Translations under genes and position numbers: made by a program
Shown: positions 40,909 through 50,775 of the stretch, one piece after another
How positions within the stretch are numbered: the stretch's first letter is position 1
Layout of the letters: every line of letters begins with the position of its first letter
NCBI GenBank assembly: GCA_049799515.1
Contig: JBARIA010000067.1
Span: 483 to 64,482 of the forward strand
Origin: Candidatus Dormiibacterota bacterium
GTDB lineage: Bacteria; Chloroflexota; Dormibacteria; Aeolococcales; Bog-877
Length of the DNA stretch: 64,000 nucleotides
Reading direction: 5' to 3'
The notes under the pieces: model-generated
Told to the model about the DNA's origin: nothing
Database searches by the model: none
The model's input: the letters and a program-made list of their open reading frames with translations, nothing else

Positions 40909-41904
40909 ATGATACGGAACTTCCTCCGACATCTGACCAGCGGCAGGCGAATTATTGCCTGCGAATCGGGCTCAGCCCGACAGCTGGCCGTCTTCGGCAT
41001 GGTGCTGGCCGCCGGGGCCTGGGGGATCAGCTTTGTGGTGACCCGGGGCGCGGTCGCGAGCTACCCGGTGGTGGGATTCCTCTTCTTGCGCTTCGCGGTC
41101 GGCGGCGGAGTGCTCCTGGTGATTGTCCTGCTCTCCCCCACCTCCCGGGGCAGCTGGCGGCAAGCCCCCAAGGGCATGCTTCTCCTGCTGGGGGCGGTGC
41201 TAGCCTCGGCCTACCTGGCTCAGACCCTGGGCCTGGAACTAGGCGCCGGGCCTGGGGTCGCGGCGGCGCTCACCAGTCTGGTGGTCGTAATCACCCCCGC
41301 TCTGGAGTGGGCTCTGCGGGGTCAGGCTCCCGATGGTCGCGTGATCGGGGGGGCCTTTCTGGCGGTGGCCGGCACCTTGCTCGTCTGCCTCACCGTCCCT
41401 GTCCAGAGCAGCGCTACTCACCCCCATGCCACCATCGGCATGGCCCTGGAGGTGGTCGCGGCCGCCGCCTTCTCCCTCCAGGTGGTGCTGGTCGGGCGGC
41501 TGGGTCACTGGGTCCCGGCGGTCGCACTGGGGGCCTGGCAGCTGCTCGCCCTGGCCGCGGTCCTGGGTCTGGCGGTGCCATTCACCGGAGGCCTGGCGCT
41601 GCCATCGGTGAGTGTGCTGGCGGACATCGTCTTCTGCGGACTGGCCGCGTCTGCCTTCGCCTTTGCAGTCCAGGCGGCGGCCCAGCAGCACATCTCCACC
41701 TCTGTGGCCGCCCTGATCATGGCAATTGAGCCGGGGATCGCCATGGTCGGCGGCGCCGTAGTCGGAGTCCAGGCGCTCACTCCCCTCGCCCTGCTGGGGT
41801 TGGTGCTGCTCTCAGGCGGATCGGCCGCCTCAAGTGCTGGCCGGGCCCTGGGCCTGGCCCGGCGTCTCTTCGCCCCACTCGGGCGATTTCCGCGGCCTGT
41901 CTAA
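40909..41904 (+). CDS. EamA/DMT family transporter
   Basis: About 10 TM segments in two EamA repeats. ATG 40909 is preferred over the ORF start 40873. Confidence 0.75.
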   Translation: MIRNFLRHLTSGRRIIACESGSARQLAVFGMVLAAGAWGISFVVTRGAVASYPVVGFLFLRFAVGGGVLLVIVLLSPTSRGSWRQAPKGMLLLLGAVLASAYLAQTLGLELGAGPGVAAALTSLVVVITPALEWALRGQAPDGRVIGGAFLAVAGTLLVCLTVPVQSSATHPHATIGMALEVVAAAAFSLQVVLVGRLGHWVPAVALGAWQLLALAAVLGLAVPFTGGLALPSVSVLADIVFCGLAASAFAFAVQAAAQQHISTSVAALIMAIEPGIAMVGGAVVGVQALTPLALLGLVLLSGGSAASSAGRALGLARRLFAPLGRFPRPV

Positions 41905-41957
41905 GCAGGCTGCGGGAAGTCTGGCCCCCTGATCGACCGGACCGCTCCCGCCTCGGT

Positions 41958-42293
41958 TCAGCCAATCGCCCAGTTCACCGGATCAACGTGGAGATGCGGA
42001 AATGGCATCGGGGAATGGCAGCCGGCGGCGACAACCAAGTGGTATCCCGCCCTGTTCGCATCGACTCTGCTGTCCCGGGCAAACGGCTGGGCCGTCTCCA
42101 AGACATGCCGCCAGAGGTCCCGGTGATCGGGTCGGCGGTCGTCGATGGAGCTCAAGCGCCGGCGGGGATCGATCAGGATCTGAATCCGACCGCTCTTCTA
42201 CCGCGGCCCGACGACGCTCAGCTGATCGTGCGAGAAGAGAAGGGTCGAGTCGACATCACCTGGGCATATCCCGCAGAGGTGAGATCCCTCAAC
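41958..42293 (-). pseudogene. decayed HIT (histidine triad) family gene: in-frame TAG, no canonical start, triad HLHVD
   Basis: Single frame reads ...HLCGICPGDVDSTLLFSHDQLSVVGPR*KSGRIQILIDPRRRLSSIDD...NRAGYHLVVAAGCHSPMPFPHLHVDPV. TAG is at 42198-42200. The pattern matches HIT CxFC ... GH.LviP ... GyrlvxNxG ... HxHxHxx with substitutions. Confidence 0.55.
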
Positions 42294-42300
42294 TTCGATT

Positions 42301-42825
42301 TCAGTTTCTCTCCAGCTGATCGAGCAGGTCGGCAAGGTCCTCGGGATACAAAGTGTCGCCGGTATTTCGGAGCTTCTCTCTGGTCCACCAGCGATGTTCC
42401 TCGACGACCTGGCGTTCGACATCCGTCCAGCCGGCGGCATCAGGCTCGAACGATTGGCACCGGACCAAGAAGAATTCTTCGTCCTGCGCGATCCGCATCC
42501 CTTGGAATTGATGCTCGACGTGGCGGCGCAGGACGACCTTTCCCAGCTCCCCCACGATCAGCCCCGTCTCCTCGCGCAACTCCCGGCGGGCGGCCTCTTC
42601 GGCTGACTCTCCGTCGTCAATCCCACCCCCCGGGGTGAACCACCAGGTGCCGACTGCGGGGCGGGCGGGATCGCCGCCTCGGAATAGCAGGACATCCCCG
42701 ACCTCGTCAAGCAGCAAGACCCTGGCCGCTTTTCGTTGACGCAGCAGTGCGTCGCCGGGACACCCATGGCCTGCCCCAGGCGCCCCGATCCCCCCGGCTG
42801 ATGAGCAGCCAGGGTACCGAGTCAC
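42301..42825 (-). CDS. NUDIX hydrolase
   Basis: Nudix box GGGIDDGESAEEAARRELREETGL. ATGA overlap with the upstream PPOX gene. Confidence 0.9.
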   Translation of the reverse strand: MTRYPGCSSAGGIGAPGAGHGCPGDALLRQRKAARVLLLDEVGDVLLFRGGDPARPAVGTWWFTPGGGIDDGESAEEAARRELREETGLIVGELGKVVLRRHVEHQFQGMRIAQDEEFFLVRCQSFEPDAAGWTDVERQVVEEHRWWTREKLRNTGDTLYPEDLADLLDQLERN

Positions 42826-43235
42826 CTCACCCTCTGGGCAATGGTCCGCCGCGATCCCTGGTTGCCGTCCGCGCCCAATCCCCAGCTCTGCACTCGGCGG
42901 GGATGGATGCGGATGAGCTCACCGCTCATGCCACCCCCACCGTCCCAGTGGTCAGTGAGCGCCTCGGCGGCTCCCCGGATCTGGACCCCTCGCACCTTCC
43001 AGGGGTCGACAGACGCCAGGTCGTCGACCACGAACGCGACCTGGGCATTGGACTCGATGTTGTGGAACTTACGGCTAGCTCCGAGGTTCCAGCCCCCGAT
43101 CTCGACAGTCCCCCGATCCTCATCGACGCTGAACCCCACCGGGTTGTTCTGGGGCCCCCCGTCGGGCCCGACCATCGCCAGCCGACCAAGACGCTGCGAG
43201 CGCAGGTATTCCAATTCGGCATCGGTGAAGATCAT
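42822..43235 (-). CDS. PPOX-class (pyridoxamine 5'-phosphate oxidase-like) F420-dependent enzyme
   Basis: Start at ATG 43235 (MIFTDAELEYLRSQRLGRLAMVG), preceded by AAGGAGAG. The FMN/F420 split-barrel family pattern continues to ...IRGAAEAL. Confidence 0.75.
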   Translation of the reverse strand: MIFTDAELEYLRSQRLGRLAMVGPDGGPQNNPVGFSVDEDRGTVEIGGWNLGASRKFHNIESNAQVAFVVDDLASVDPWKVRGVQIRGAAEALTDHWDGGGGMSGELIRIHPRRVQSWGLGADGNQGSRRTIAQRVR

Positions 43236-43340
43236 GGGGTCACTCTCCTTGGATTGAAGCATCCGGGCCGCGCTCGCTGCCCGAAGCCTATCGGGGGGCG
43301 GCTGGGAGCCGCCCCAGGTTCCAGTAGACTTGCGACCGAC

Positions 43341-44195
43341 ATGATGCCTCCCGATTTCGAAGTCGGCCCGGCCGAGCACCGGCTAGCCGGGTGGAAGTCG
43401 GGCCAGGGACCGGTGGTGCTGGTTCTGCACGGAGGTCCCGGGCTGTCCGACTACACGGACGGCCTGGCTCCGGAGCTGGTGGATGGCTACACCGTGGTGA
43501 GCTATCAGCAGCGCGGCCTCGCGCCCTCTTCGACCTCCGGTCCCTTCGATGTCGGGACCCAAGTGGAGGACGTGCTGGTGGTGTTGGACGGACTGGGTCT
43601 GGACCGCCCACTGGTCATCGGCCACTCCTGGGGAGGGCACCTGCTGCTGCACCTGATCGCGGCCCACCCTGATCGGGTCTCCGGGGCACTGGTGGTAGAT
43701 CCCCTGGGAGCCGTCCCCGACGGAGGTGAGATGGACCTAGGCCGCATTCTCGGAGAACGAGCGACTCCCGAGGCAGCCGCACGCTCGGCGCAGCTGGACG
43801 AGAGAGCACTCCGGGGAGAGGGCTCGGCCGCCGACCAAATCGAGGGGCTCTCCTTGGTATGGCCCGGCTACTTCGCCCACCCGGCGACTGCCCCGCCGAT
43901 GCCGCCGATGGAAATCTCGGTGCCCGCCTACTCGGAGACCTTCGCCTCGATTCACGAGCACTTCGATCTGAAGACCCTGGTCCTGCAACTCCCGAAGCGC
44001 ACGGTGCCGACCACCTTTCTGCTGGGAGCTGAGAGCCCGATCCCCCCGGATCACGGAATCGCGAGCGCGGCCCTGATGCCGACCGCCGAGGTGAAGGTGG
44101 TGCCCGACTGCGGTCACATAGTCTGGTTGGAGAAGCCCGGGGTGGTCCGCGAAGAACTGGACCGCCTGCGCGCTCGAACCGCCTCGGTCTCCTAG
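43341..44195 (+). CDS. alpha/beta hydrolase (proline iminopeptidase-like)
   Basis: ATG 43341 (MMPPDFEV). HGGPG oxyanion motif, nucleophile elbow GHSWGG, C-terminal His (DCGHIVWLE). The upstream part of the 482-aa track ORF is antisense to the PPOX and NUDIX genes. Confidence 0.85.
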   Translation: MMPPDFEVGPAEHRLAGWKSGQGPVVLVLHGGPGLSDYTDGLAPELVDGYTVVSYQQRGLAPSSTSGPFDVGTQVEDVLVVLDGLGLDRPLVIGHSWGGHLLLHLIAAHPDRVSGALVVDPLGAVPDGGEMDLGRILGERATPEAAARSAQLDERALRGEGSAADQIEGLSLVWPGYFAHPATAPPMPPMEISVPAYSETFASIHEHFDLKTLVLQLPKRTVPTTFLLGAESPIPPDHGIASAALMPTAEVKVVPDCGHIVWLEKPGVVREELDRLRARTASVS

Positions 44196-44449
44196 GCGGC
44201 GGATTGCGGTGGCACCGCGCCGAGCGAGTCGGTGAGCCCCGACCGCGCACCTTGGGTCAGCCTGGCGCTACTACCAAACAAAGAGTTTGGCCTTGATCTC
44301 GCTGCCGCGGAGTAAGCGCTCCAATTCAACCGTCTTGCTCCCGCTCCAATGCCGCTCGCGTATCTCCAGACCCTCCGGTTCGGACGGCTCGCCCAACAGG
44401 CTAGGCAGGGCGGGAACTTCGACTGCACCTATCCCTTGAACCCACCCAG

Positions 44450-46054
44450 CTAGGGCACGGTATACGCCACCAACTGAGGCTTGCCCCGCGCCTTCGCCTT
44501 CGAGGTCTGTGGCCCCCCGGCTGAGACGAGCACCGTATTGTCGGCGATTGCGAGCGGCGCGTTCGTGGAGGTCGGGAGCCGATGCCGGTAGACGATGGCG
44601 CCGGTCGTGCTGTTGAGCGCAATCAGCGTGCCGTGGTACAGGCTGGTGAAGACCAGATCACCCGAGACCGTGGCCGCGCCGAGCGGTAGGTCGGACACCT
44701 TGGTATCCCATTCGACTTTGCCCGTCGAGAGGCTGAGGGCTTCGATCTCTCCGGCTACCGCGCCGGCGGGGAGGCCCAGCACCGTGCCGAGCGTCTTGGC
44801 CCGGAACGGGTAGTCGTCCGTCACCACGTAGATGCTGTTCCCGGCGAGCGCCATGTTGCTGAGGATGCCCCCAACCGGTCCCGGCTCATACGTGTACGGC
44901 GCCTTCAATTTGCTTCGGTGCTCCAGGGCCTGGACGGAGTCGTTGTCGTGACCGTTGTGGGCGCCGACCGGCGTCTTCCAGATGAGCGCACCGGTTTGGG
45001 CGTTCATGGCGTAGACGTAGCCCATTTTGCCGCCACCGATGACCGCTGACACTCCGTTCACGTCCGCGGCGATGGGGGACGCCTGCATGTCGTAGTCCTT
45101 GAAATCGTCCGGCACACCCTGGTAGTACCAGTTCAGTTTGCCCGTTGCCCCTGAGAGGTTGACGTCGCTATTGGTATAGAGGATCTTCGACGGGTACTTA
45201 ATCGCTGAGGCGGCGCTCTGGTAAGGGTTGCCGATGCCGAAGGTGACCGAGCCGTCAGCCCCGACCAGAGGTGTCTCCCATGCCCCTCCGGCGCCCAAGC
45301 CGAGGGCCTTGACACCCTTGTCCAGACCGAGCACGGTGTTGAACCGCCAGAGCAGCTTGCCGGTCGAGGCGTTCAGCCCCAAGAGCACCCCACCACCGGA
45401 CCCGGATCCGTATTGGCTGGCTAGGTAGACGCGTCCATCGGTCACCTGCGGCTGAATGCCAAAGGTGCCCTCGCCGCTCCTGAGAAGATGGCGGTCAACC
45501 CAGAGCGTGCGCCCAGTCGCGGCATTGAGGGCGAACACTGTAGTCGGTGAGGCTCCAAAGACGGTGCCGTTGGCGACAGCGACCCCGTTTGGCCCCGGCC
45601 CGCTCTTCAACGGCAGGTTCAACCGGTGCTCCCACCTCAGCTTCCCGGTGGTCAAGCTGATCGCGTAGACGTTGGATTCTTGGTCCTGGATGTAGACCAC
45701 CCCATTCACCACAATCGGCACCGCGGTCAGCGCACCCCCGCCGTCGACGCTGGTGGCCCCCTTACCGGTGAGGGTGAAGCTCCACGCCTGCTTGAGGTCG
45801 GACACATTAGCGGACGAGATCACAGAGCCGGTCGCGTCCCGGGTGTTGGCGAGGTCGCCGTTGGGGTACGGCCACGACCCGGACGGTACCGAGGCGCCGG
45901 GGGACGCTGCCTCGGCGACGCCGGGAGCCAGCAGGGCCACTCCCGCGCTCAGCAGGGAGATCAGCAGCGCAGCGCAGCGCCGCCTGTTGGCCATCGGCGT
46001 CGCGGTACCCGAGCTCACAGCCGACTCACAGCCGATCCGGTGTGCGCTTTCCAC
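44450..46054 (-). CDS. secreted PQQ-like beta-propeller repeat protein (quinoprotein dehydrogenase-like)
   Basis: Signal peptide ...MANRRRCAALLISLLSAGVALLAPGVAEA. Repeated propeller blades (PIVVNGVVYIQDQESNVYAISLTTGKLRW etc.). GTG 46054 has SD AGGAGA upstream. Alternative start at ATG 45994. Confidence 0.7.
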   Translation of the reverse strand: MESAHRIGCESAVSSGTATPMANRRRCAALLISLLSAGVALLAPGVAEAASPGASVPSGSWPYPNGDLANTRDATGSVISSANVSDLKQAWSFTLTGKGATSVDGGGALTAVPIVVNGVVYIQDQESNVYAISLTTGKLRWEHRLNLPLKSGPGPNGVAVANGTVFGASPTTVFALNAATGRTLWVDRHLLRSGEGTFGIQPQVTDGRVYLASQYGSGSGGGVLLGLNASTGKLLWRFNTVLGLDKGVKALGLGAGGAWETPLVGADGSVTFGIGNPYQSAASAIKYPSKILYTNSDVNLSGATGKLNWYYQGVPDDFKDYDMQASPIAADVNGVSAVIGGGKMGYVYAMNAQTGALIWKTPVGAHNGHDNDSVQALEHRSKLKAPYTYEPGPVGGILSNMALAGNSIYVVTDDYPFRAKTLGTVLGLPAGAVAGEIEALSLSTGKVEWDTKVSDLPLGAATVSGDLVFTSLYHGTLIALNSTTGAIVYRHRLPTSTNAPLAIADNTVLVSAGGPQTSKAKARGKPQLVAYTVP

Positions 46055-46104
46055 TTCTCAAAGTTCTCCTATTGGCTCCCAACGAAGCGGCCGGGTGTGG
46101 CACG

Positions 46105-46809
46105 TCACGGGCTGGTGAAGGAGGCGGCACTTCGCGCCCGACTGTCGGGGTTGGGCACCGCCAGATCAGGATCCTGAATGTAGTAACCGCGGGATGCCCC
46201 ATTGAAGATCAGCAGAACTGCTGCCAGTCCGACCAGCCAGACCCCTATCCCGGCGACCAGGTCAGCCGGGGCGTACACCGCGGCATCCTGGATGAGCGCG
46301 ACTAGCAGGCTCAGAGTAGTGCTGGCGAAGAACAGCGCAAAGGCGAGCCGAGCCCAGTTGTGCCCTCTGCCGTTCGCCCAGGCCATCCAGAGCCACAGGC
46401 CGATGGCGATCGGCGCGGCGACGACATCGGGGACGATATGGGTGACCCAGACAGCGTGCCAAAGCATTGCGGCGAGGTGTGGATACCTCTCAGCGATTGT
46501 GGATTTGACGCTGTCGGCAGTCGCCAGAATGGTGATCAAGGCGATCAGCTCAATCGCCGCGCCGACGTACATCAGCCTCACGGCGGCGAACACTGTGCGC
46601 ACCGACCGTGGCGCGCCTGGCCGCAGACGCATCCAAAGCGCGCTCTTGATCAGATCTGCCGACTCCCCGAGCCCTGGCCGTCGCTGGCACTTCAGGGCAC
46701 TGGCCATCAGCACCGCGAGGATCTCCTGCTCGTGCTCGCGCCGGAACGCCCGGGGGTACCACGCCAGAATTCGCAGGTAGCGCCGCTCCAGGGCGGACGA
46801 GTTGGTCAT
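46105..46809 (-). CDS. membrane protein of unknown function, co-transcribed with PadR
   Basis: 234 aa. N-terminal cytoplasmic segment ERRYLRILAWYPRAFRREHEQE followed by ~5 TM segments. 4-nt overlap with the PadR stop. Confidence 0.55.
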   Translation of the reverse strand: MTNSSALERRYLRILAWYPRAFRREHEQEILAVLMASALKCQRRPGLGESADLIKSALWMRLRPGAPRSVRTVFAAVRLMYVGAAIELIALITILATADSVKSTIAERYPHLAAMLWHAVWVTHIVPDVVAAPIAIGLWLWMAWANGRGHNWARLAFALFFASTTLSLLVALIQDAAVYAPADLVAGIGVWLVGLAAVLLIFNGASRGYYIQDPDLAVPNPDSRARSAASFTSP

Positions 46810-47159
46810 GTGACCGCCCCTCCGGCCCGCCTCAGTCGCGCGAGCGCGGTGGCGGCGTTGGTTCTCAGCTGGCTGGCCTCGGCAGCTAACCGCTCCCCGC
46901 CGGCAGGCGTGAGTCGATAGTAACGGCGCAGCCGACTTGCCACGATCTCCTCTCGGTCTACCTCGATCAGCATGTCCGCTCGGAGTCGGTCCAGGGCCGT
47001 GTAAAGGGTTCCGGCACGCATCCGTACCCGCCCGCCCGAGATCTCCCTGACGTCGGTGATGATTCCGTAACCATGCCGACTGCCGCCAGCCAGCGCCGTC
47101 AGGATCAGGAAGGTCGCCTCCTGAGTTGCACGGCTGCTCATACCTGTAGCATATATCAT
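46806..47159 (-). CDS. PadR family transcriptional regulator
   Basis: 117 aa. Winged HTH: LILTALAGGSRHGYGIITDVREISGGRVRMRAGTLYTALDRL. Confidence 0.88.
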   Translation of the reverse strand: MIYATGMSSRATQEATFLILTALAGGSRHGYGIITDVREISGGRVRMRAGTLYTALDRLRADMLIEVDREEIVASRLRRYYRLTPAGGERLAAEASQLRTNAATALARLRRAGGAVT

Positions 47160-47201
47160 TGAACTAGCGGTAGCGCCCGTCCGGGAGGACAGTCCGGGAT
47201 C

Positions 47202-47540
47202 ATGATCGTCACCACTACCGAGAACATTCCAGGTACGCGGGTGGTGAAGACCATGGGCCAGGTCTTTGGCCTGACTGTGCGATCCCGAAGCCTCGGCGGC
47301 AACATCGCCGCCTGGCTCAATAGCCTGGCCGGCGGGGAGATCGGATCCTACGTCAAGCTCAACGAGGATGCTCGGCGTCAGGCACTCGACCGCATGGTCC
47401 AGAATGCCACCGCCATGGGGGCCAACGCGGTGACCATGATGCGGTTCGGCTCCACAGAGATGGGCAAGAGCATGAGCGAGATCGTGGCTTACGGCACGGC
47501 CCAGGTGGTCGAGTGGATCTCGACGTCCCCCTCGTCGTGA
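47202..47540 (+). CDS. YbjQ/UPF0145 family protein
   Basis: 112 aa. MIVTTTENIPGTRVVKTMGQVFGLTVRSRS...ANAVTMMRF. Confidence 0.85.
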   Translation: MIVTTTENIPGTRVVKTMGQVFGLTVRSRSLGGNIAAWLNSLAGGEIGSYVKLNEDARRQALDRMVQNATAMGANAVTMMRFGSTEMGKSMSEIVAYGTAQVVEWISTSPSS

Positions 47541-47730
47541 ACGCCAAGGGCGAAGGGGACCGCCGTGGGTGTCGTAGAGATCGTGATCCTGATCAACGAC
47601 CCGGCGAGACTCCGCCCTACCTACTCTGACTTGCCACTGAACCCGCCGATCCCCAGCGATGAGTCGCCCGCTGAGTCCGAGCCGCTAGGGACGGGATGTT
47701 CCCGGCAAGCCGCCTCTCCACCCCCGGTGG

Positions 47731-48714
47731 TTATCGCGTAACGGCTTCGCCCGGCAACGGGGGAGGGCCGTCGAGGAAGACCGTCGTGGGCACGAAGAAC
47801 AGGGCGCCGGTCACCGCGGTGGAGAAGTCGAGGATCCGGTCGTAGTTACCGGGCGGGTCCCCGAGGAACATGTGCTGGAGCATCAGCTCGGTGACCGAGG
47901 GCGTCGCGGCGTACCCGATGAAGTACGTGCCGAACTCCCCGGCGCCCAACGACCCGAAGGGCATGTTCTCCCGCAGAATCTGACGCTGGGTACCATCGGC
48001 CTCGATGATGGTGTTCAGCGCCACATGTGAGTTGGAAGGCTTGACATCGTCGTCCATCTCGACATTGGAGAGCTTGGCCCGCCCGATCACCCGCTCTTGC
48101 TCTTCAACCGTCAGGGCATTCCAGGCGGCCATGTCGTGCCGGTACTTCTGGACGATGACGTAGCTCCCACCCGCGAACGCCACATCCTCGACTCCGACGG
48201 TCACCGCCGCCTCGGCTGCCGGTCCGCTCGGGTTCTCGGTCCCGTCCACAAAGCCGAGCAGGTCCCGGTCGTCGAAGTACCTGAACCCGTGGACCTCGTC
48301 GACCACCGAGGCGGCCCCGGCCAGCCGGCCGACAACCAAGGAGGCCAGCTCCCAGCACAAATCCATCGTCGCGGCCCGGATGTGGAACAAGAGATCACCC
48401 GGGGTGGCCACCGCCCGGTGCCGATCGCCCTCGAGGGCCCGGAACGGGTGTAGCTCGGCCGGCCGGGGGCCGGCGAAAAGGCGATCCCACGCCGCCGATC
48501 CCACCCCCGCCACGACGGCCAGCCCACCCTGCAGGGAACGGAAGCCGACCGTCCGGGCCAGTCCGGACAGGTCGGCGAGCAGGTTGTGGACCACCGACTC
48601 ACCGCCGTCATTGATTGTCATGACGAGGATGACCGCGCTGGCCGTTAGCGGCGTGAGCACGCGCTGGGCCACCCGCGGCCCAGCAACGGCCGCCGGGCTC
48701 TGTGAGACGGTCAC
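47731..48714 (-). CDS. Dyp-type peroxidase (YfeX/EfeB-like)
   Basis: GFVDGTENP motif and distal/proximal region SHVALN. GTG 48714 is preceded by GGGAGGA with a 9-nt spacer. The track ORF start at 48852 is probably too long. Confidence 0.85.
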   Translation of the reverse strand: MTVSQSPAAVAGPRVAQRVLTPLTASAVILVMTINDGGESVVHNLLADLSGLARTVGFRSLQGGLAVVAGVGSAAWDRLFAGPRPAELHPFRALEGDRHRAVATPGDLLFHIRAATMDLCWELASLVVGRLAGAASVVDEVHGFRYFDDRDLLGFVDGTENPSGPAAEAAVTVGVEDVAFAGGSYVIVQKYRHDMAAWNALTVEEQERVIGRAKLSNVEMDDDVKPSNSHVALNTIIEADGTQRQILRENMPFGSLGAGEFGTYFIGYAATPSVTELMLQHMFLGDPPGNYDRILDFSTAVTGALFFVPTTVFLDGPPPLPGEAVTR

Positions 48715-49098
48715 CGTCGACGTCCTCCCGTGTCTCCCCTCCGGCGTTCCTTGAGCTGACGGGGTCGTGGCAGGCCGGGGGCGGTTCCGGACGAGCCTAG
48801 CCGTGGCATATGGCCGCAGACCGGGCCGTTGGCTTGCCAGGTACCGCCCCAAGGCCGGCGGATGACATCGCAGATCGTGGTGTGCTCTTCCCTCGCCCGG
48901 GCACCCAGGGCCTCTGGTCGGCCACCAGATCTTCCATCATCTCATCTTGCTCGACCCTCGACGAGGTCGTGCCCCACGAGTGACTTGGCACGCCTCGGCA
49001 CCCGCTTTCGCGTTCACCCCGTCCGACGCAGCGAAATTCTGGTGCCCGATCAGCGCGGTGGCGGCCGACCTCGACATCCGCGTGCCGAGCGACGAGGG

Positions 49099-49354
49099 CG
49101 AGCTGCTCCGCCACCTGACGACCCTACAAGGGACTACCAGCCCCTCCCGGCTAGGGCCTGACGACCCACCCTGTCTAGGTTGGTCGGTCACCGATGTCTC
49201 GAGACATCGGAAATGGTGGGGCAGCTGCAGGGTTGTAATTTGGACCAAAGTTGACTTGCCCTGGACCAGCTTGTCCCCAGTCTCCTGATCCGGTGCACAG
49301 GCGCGCCCCATGCTTTGGCGCTCCCGCTGATCTCAAGCTGAGATCAAGCTAGCC
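49099..49354 (+). repeat. structured intergenic repeat, copy D (diverged, ~256 nt)
   Basis: Shares the 5' anchor CACCTGACGACCC, TGGTGGGG, CTGCAGGGTTGT and the terminal hairpin GATCTCAAGCTGAGATCAAGCT with copies B and C. Contains a perfect 20-nt palindrome at 49191-49210. Confidence 0.55.
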
Positions 49355-49517
49355 GAACGCCTAAGGGACGCCGTCTGTTCTGGTGCCACCTCGACGCTGA
49401 TGGACTTCTCCCGATTGCGGCCCGCGTCGTCGTGACCAGTCCTCTCGGATGGTACTCGCGACGCATGATCTCCCGACCCGGCGGCGGGTGCATGACCAGT
49501 GAGTTGTATCCCGACAG

Positions 49518-50015
49518 TCAGATCGCCCGTCGGGGCCATCCTCGGCGAGCGCCCCCGGTGACCGAGTTGGTGCCGTAGCGCAGCCGCCACGTCGCCTCGA
49601 ACGCATAGGCCAAGGCAAGAACTATCAAAAACGCCAGCCCTTCAGATCGGTCGATGAGGCTCCGGCCCACACCAAGCTCCGCAAATTCGAAGAGCGCGAG
49701 CAGCGCCCAACCAGTTCCGCTCACGATGCAGTGCGCCTCGCGACAGCGCCAGAAATTGAGCAGGCAGTAGGTGCTGGCAAGCAGCGTCGTGACCGACCCG
49801 AGCGCCAGCCCCGCCCGAAGGGGCAGATGTGGCGCGGCAGATACACCGATCGCGATCAGTGCAAAAAACAGGCACAGCCAAAGGCCACGCGGCAACAGCC
49901 GGTCGGTGAAGCGCTTGCTCCGGGTATCTCCGGAAAGTTGAGGTGGCGAGCAGCAGACCTGGAGTAATGATTGCAACGCACGCTGGCCGGCGTTCTGAGG
50001 CTCTGGGGTGGTCAC
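49518..50015 (-). CDS. small membrane protein of unknown function (Cys-containing), last gene of the MerR-family module
   Basis: 165 aa with 3-4 TM segments. Cys cluster CLLNFWRCREAHC. Confidence 0.45.
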   Translation of the reverse strand: MTTPEPQNAGQRALQSLLQVCCSPPQLSGDTRSKRFTDRLLPRGLWLCLFFALIAIGVSAAPHLPLRAGLALGSVTTLLASTYCLLNFWRCREAHCIVSGTGWALLALFEFAELGVGRSLIDRSEGLAFLIVLALAYAFEATWRLRYGTNSVTGGARRGWPRRAI

Positions 50016-50060
50016 GGCCGGAGCCTACACCCTCCCCCCAGAGGGAGAGTCAACCCCTGC

Positions 50061-50459
50061 TCAGGCCTCTCGCGGATCTTGGGAGCGGAAGTCAGCCCGA
50101 CCTCCGAGCTCGTCAGCGTAGTGCGCCTGGAAGTCCTCGATGCGCTGCAGCCCGAGCCGGAGATCGGCAATCTGTACTTCCGTGCGATTGCGGACGGCTT
50201 CCAGCATTTGGGCCAGTCTCGGGCCGATCGGCGACTTTGTCCGACTGAGATAGGTGCCACAGAGATCTTGAATCTCCGCCAGCGTCAAGCCGATAGTTCG
50301 CAGGGTACGCACCACGTCAACACACCACAATGCTTCCTCGTCGAAGAGCCGGTAGTTGCCTGGGCTTCGGCCTGCGGTATAGATGAACCCCAGGTCTTCG
50401 TATTGGCGGAGCACCTTGACCGGAACGCCAGTTCGACGCGACAGTCCGCCGATGGTCAT
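50061..50459 (-). CDS. MerR family transcriptional regulator
   Basis: Start at ATG 50459. MTIGGLSRRTGVPVKVLRQYEDLGFIYTAGRSPGNYRLFDEEAL followed by a coiled-coil dimerisation helix. Confidence 0.88.
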   Translation of the reverse strand: MTIGGLSRRTGVPVKVLRQYEDLGFIYTAGRSPGNYRLFDEEALWCVDVVRTLRTIGLTLAEIQDLCGTYLSRTKSPIGPRLAQMLEAVRNRTEVQIADLRLGLQRIEDFQAHYADELGGRADFRSQDPREA

Positions 50460-50464
50460 CACCG

Positions 50465-50770
50465 TCACCCGATGGCCTCCACCGTCGGCCGGCTGCAGCC
50501 TGAGGCGCCCATCAGGGCGGCCATGATCTGCTCCTCCGTCGGCAGATCGATACGACATGACGGCTCTTGATCCAAAGCATTCCCGGTAACGTCTGCGCCG
50601 TCAATGAGCAGCGTTGGTGAGGGATACGGTCCTTCCAACTCCTCGACCACCACGCTCGCGCCGGCGCGGGTCAGGCAATCACGAAGGGTAGAGCGCAACT
50701 GGTCGATCAAAGGGCAGCCTGGCACGTAGAGCAGCTTGACGGTTGTAGGCGGCCGAACTTCCTTGGTCAC
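50465..50770 (-). CDS. small thioredoxin-fold-like protein (single GCP motif), function unknown
   Basis: 101 aa. VKLLYVPGCPLIDQL ... PSPTLLIDGADV resembles small glutaredoxin/thioredoxin-like proteins. Weak call. Confidence 0.35.
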   Translation of the reverse strand: MTKEVRPPTTVKLLYVPGCPLIDQLRSTLRDCLTRAGASVVVEELEGPYPSPTLLIDGADVTGNALDQEPSCRIDLPTEEQIMAALMGASGCSRPTVEAIG

Positions 50771-50775
50771 CCGCC

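Noticed and set aside
44271-44396. Short minus-strand frame (TTG start) ending ...PEGLEIRERHWSGSKTVELERLLRGSEIKAKLFVW** in the convergent gap between the hydrolase and the PQQ protein
   Set aside because: It is about 41 codons, has no recognisable family, and has a weak start. It could be a gene remnant, but I cannot support it.
47731-48714. DyP peroxidase as encapsulin cargo
   Set aside because: There is no encapsulin shell gene adjacent. The C-terminus (…LDGPPPLPGEAVTR) lacks the Gly/Ser-Leu-x-Ile-Gly-Ser-Leu type targeting peptide.
49518-50770. MerR plus Trx-like plus membrane protein as a mercury-resistance (mer) operon
   Set aside because: There is no merA, merT, merP or merB. The regulator lacks the Hg-binding Cys triad. 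The similarity is only at the family level.
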